DNA from: Haplodiscus bocki
Lineage: Eukaryota
Assembly: GCA_965655095.1 (NCBI GenBank)
Contig: OZ296648.1
Location: 41,354,001-41,418,000 of the forward strand
DNA length: 64,000 nucleotides
Reading direction: 5' to 3'
Shown: piece by piece, positions 63,230 to 64,000 of the stretch
Position numbering within the stretch: position 1 is the first letter of the stretch
Layout of the letters: each line of letters opens with the position of its first letter
Notes under the pieces: generated by a model
The model's database searches: none
Told to the model about the DNA's origin: nothing
Seen by the model: the letters and a program-made list of their open reading frames with translations, nothing else
Made by a program: the position numbers and the translations under genes

Positions 63230-64000
63230 GGGGGATATTTTACGGAGGGTATTTTGGTGTTTTGGTGAAAAAAAATTCATCGAGCCATGTGACAAACAAG
63301 AAAAATCCTCAGCAACGCTATTCAAAATCTCAATTGATTATCACGAGAAAAATAAAATAAACAAGAAATGCAGAACTTTTTTTATCGACATGAACCTAAT
63401 CTGGTTGAGGAAAAACAAAATTATGCAAGATTCTTGCAAAATCTCTCAAAAAATTTTGCAAAGTATTGAATGATGATTCATCATTATTCCTTACACTTGC
63501 AAAGCCCTGGCAAGAATTGTGCTTCTTACAAGATTTTTACAAAAAATAAATTTCTTGCAAGAAAGTTTTTGTCCTGAAGGATCTTGTAACTAATGTACTG
63601 ACTTACAAGAATCTTACAAAGCTTGCATTATCTTGCAAAAATACTGCAAAAAGTAGATTTCTGAACGAATTCCTGCAAAAAATGCATTTTTCCTCGACTA
63701 GAGTATAGGCGAACACTCAAAAATAAAGATGTCACTTCCATCAGGGAAAATATTGGCCCATTATCGAAATATGAACTTGAATTAATAATTTTCATGTTGC
63801 AGAAAAGCAAAATAAAATGAAGATAAAAAAGATGGATTACCCAAAATACTTTGGTTGTAAAAAGTTTGAAGTCATTAAAAAAAGCAATTTTCTTGTACTC
63901 CATCAAAAAATAAATTGAAGCGATACAGTTTTTTGTGATTGAAAAAATTTTCTACAAAAATTGCAAACATTTTTCAGAAAGTCAAAAAACGATGTAAGAA
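63230..64000 (+). pseudogene. Possible heavily decayed protein-primed PolB (Polinton) remnant
   Basis: YGGYFGV (cf. RGG.S.V); FIDMNL continuing as ..G after removing the MITE (cf. YxDxNxLYG); KKSNFLV (cf. KKNYLVH). Confidence 0.3.
63399..63703. mobile_element. MITE with TA TSD and internal palindromic cttgcaag repeats
   Basis: TIRs atctggttgaggaaaaa / ctctagtcgaggaaaaa; TA at 63397-63398 and 63704-63705. Confidence 0.6.

Overview
AT-rich, repeat-saturated animal (invertebrate-like) genomic DNA with two N-gaps (21278-21477, 45371-45577) and no complete host gene. From left to right: (1) a heavily decayed Polinton/Maverick (adintovirus-like) structural module on the minus strand, with packaging ATPase, tandem minor-capsid-like paralogues and adenain protease (1-~6000); (2) Gypsy remnants and three copies of an unusually long, ORF-containing LTR, one a clean solo LTR with TSD (10444-12177); (3) a ~105-bp satellite headed by two tRNA-like units; (4) a decayed CR1/L2 LINE; (5) an intact, intronless JmjC-domain gene (34481-35560) convergent with an orphan ORF, in a ~4.3-kb cassette that looks like transposon cargo with a possible Helentron-like end; (6) a single class-A GPCR exon; (7) several MITEs; (8) a full-length BEL/Pao LTR retrotransposon (50076-59861; 774-bp near-identical LTRs, GTGCC TSD) with an extra SGNH/GDSL-hydrolase-like ORF before gag and a gag-pol frame broken only by three in-frame TAG codons. 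The best candidates for something new are the putative TE-borne JmjC dioxygenase cassette and the SGNH-carrying BEL element. All family assignments come from manual motif recognition; no searches were run.
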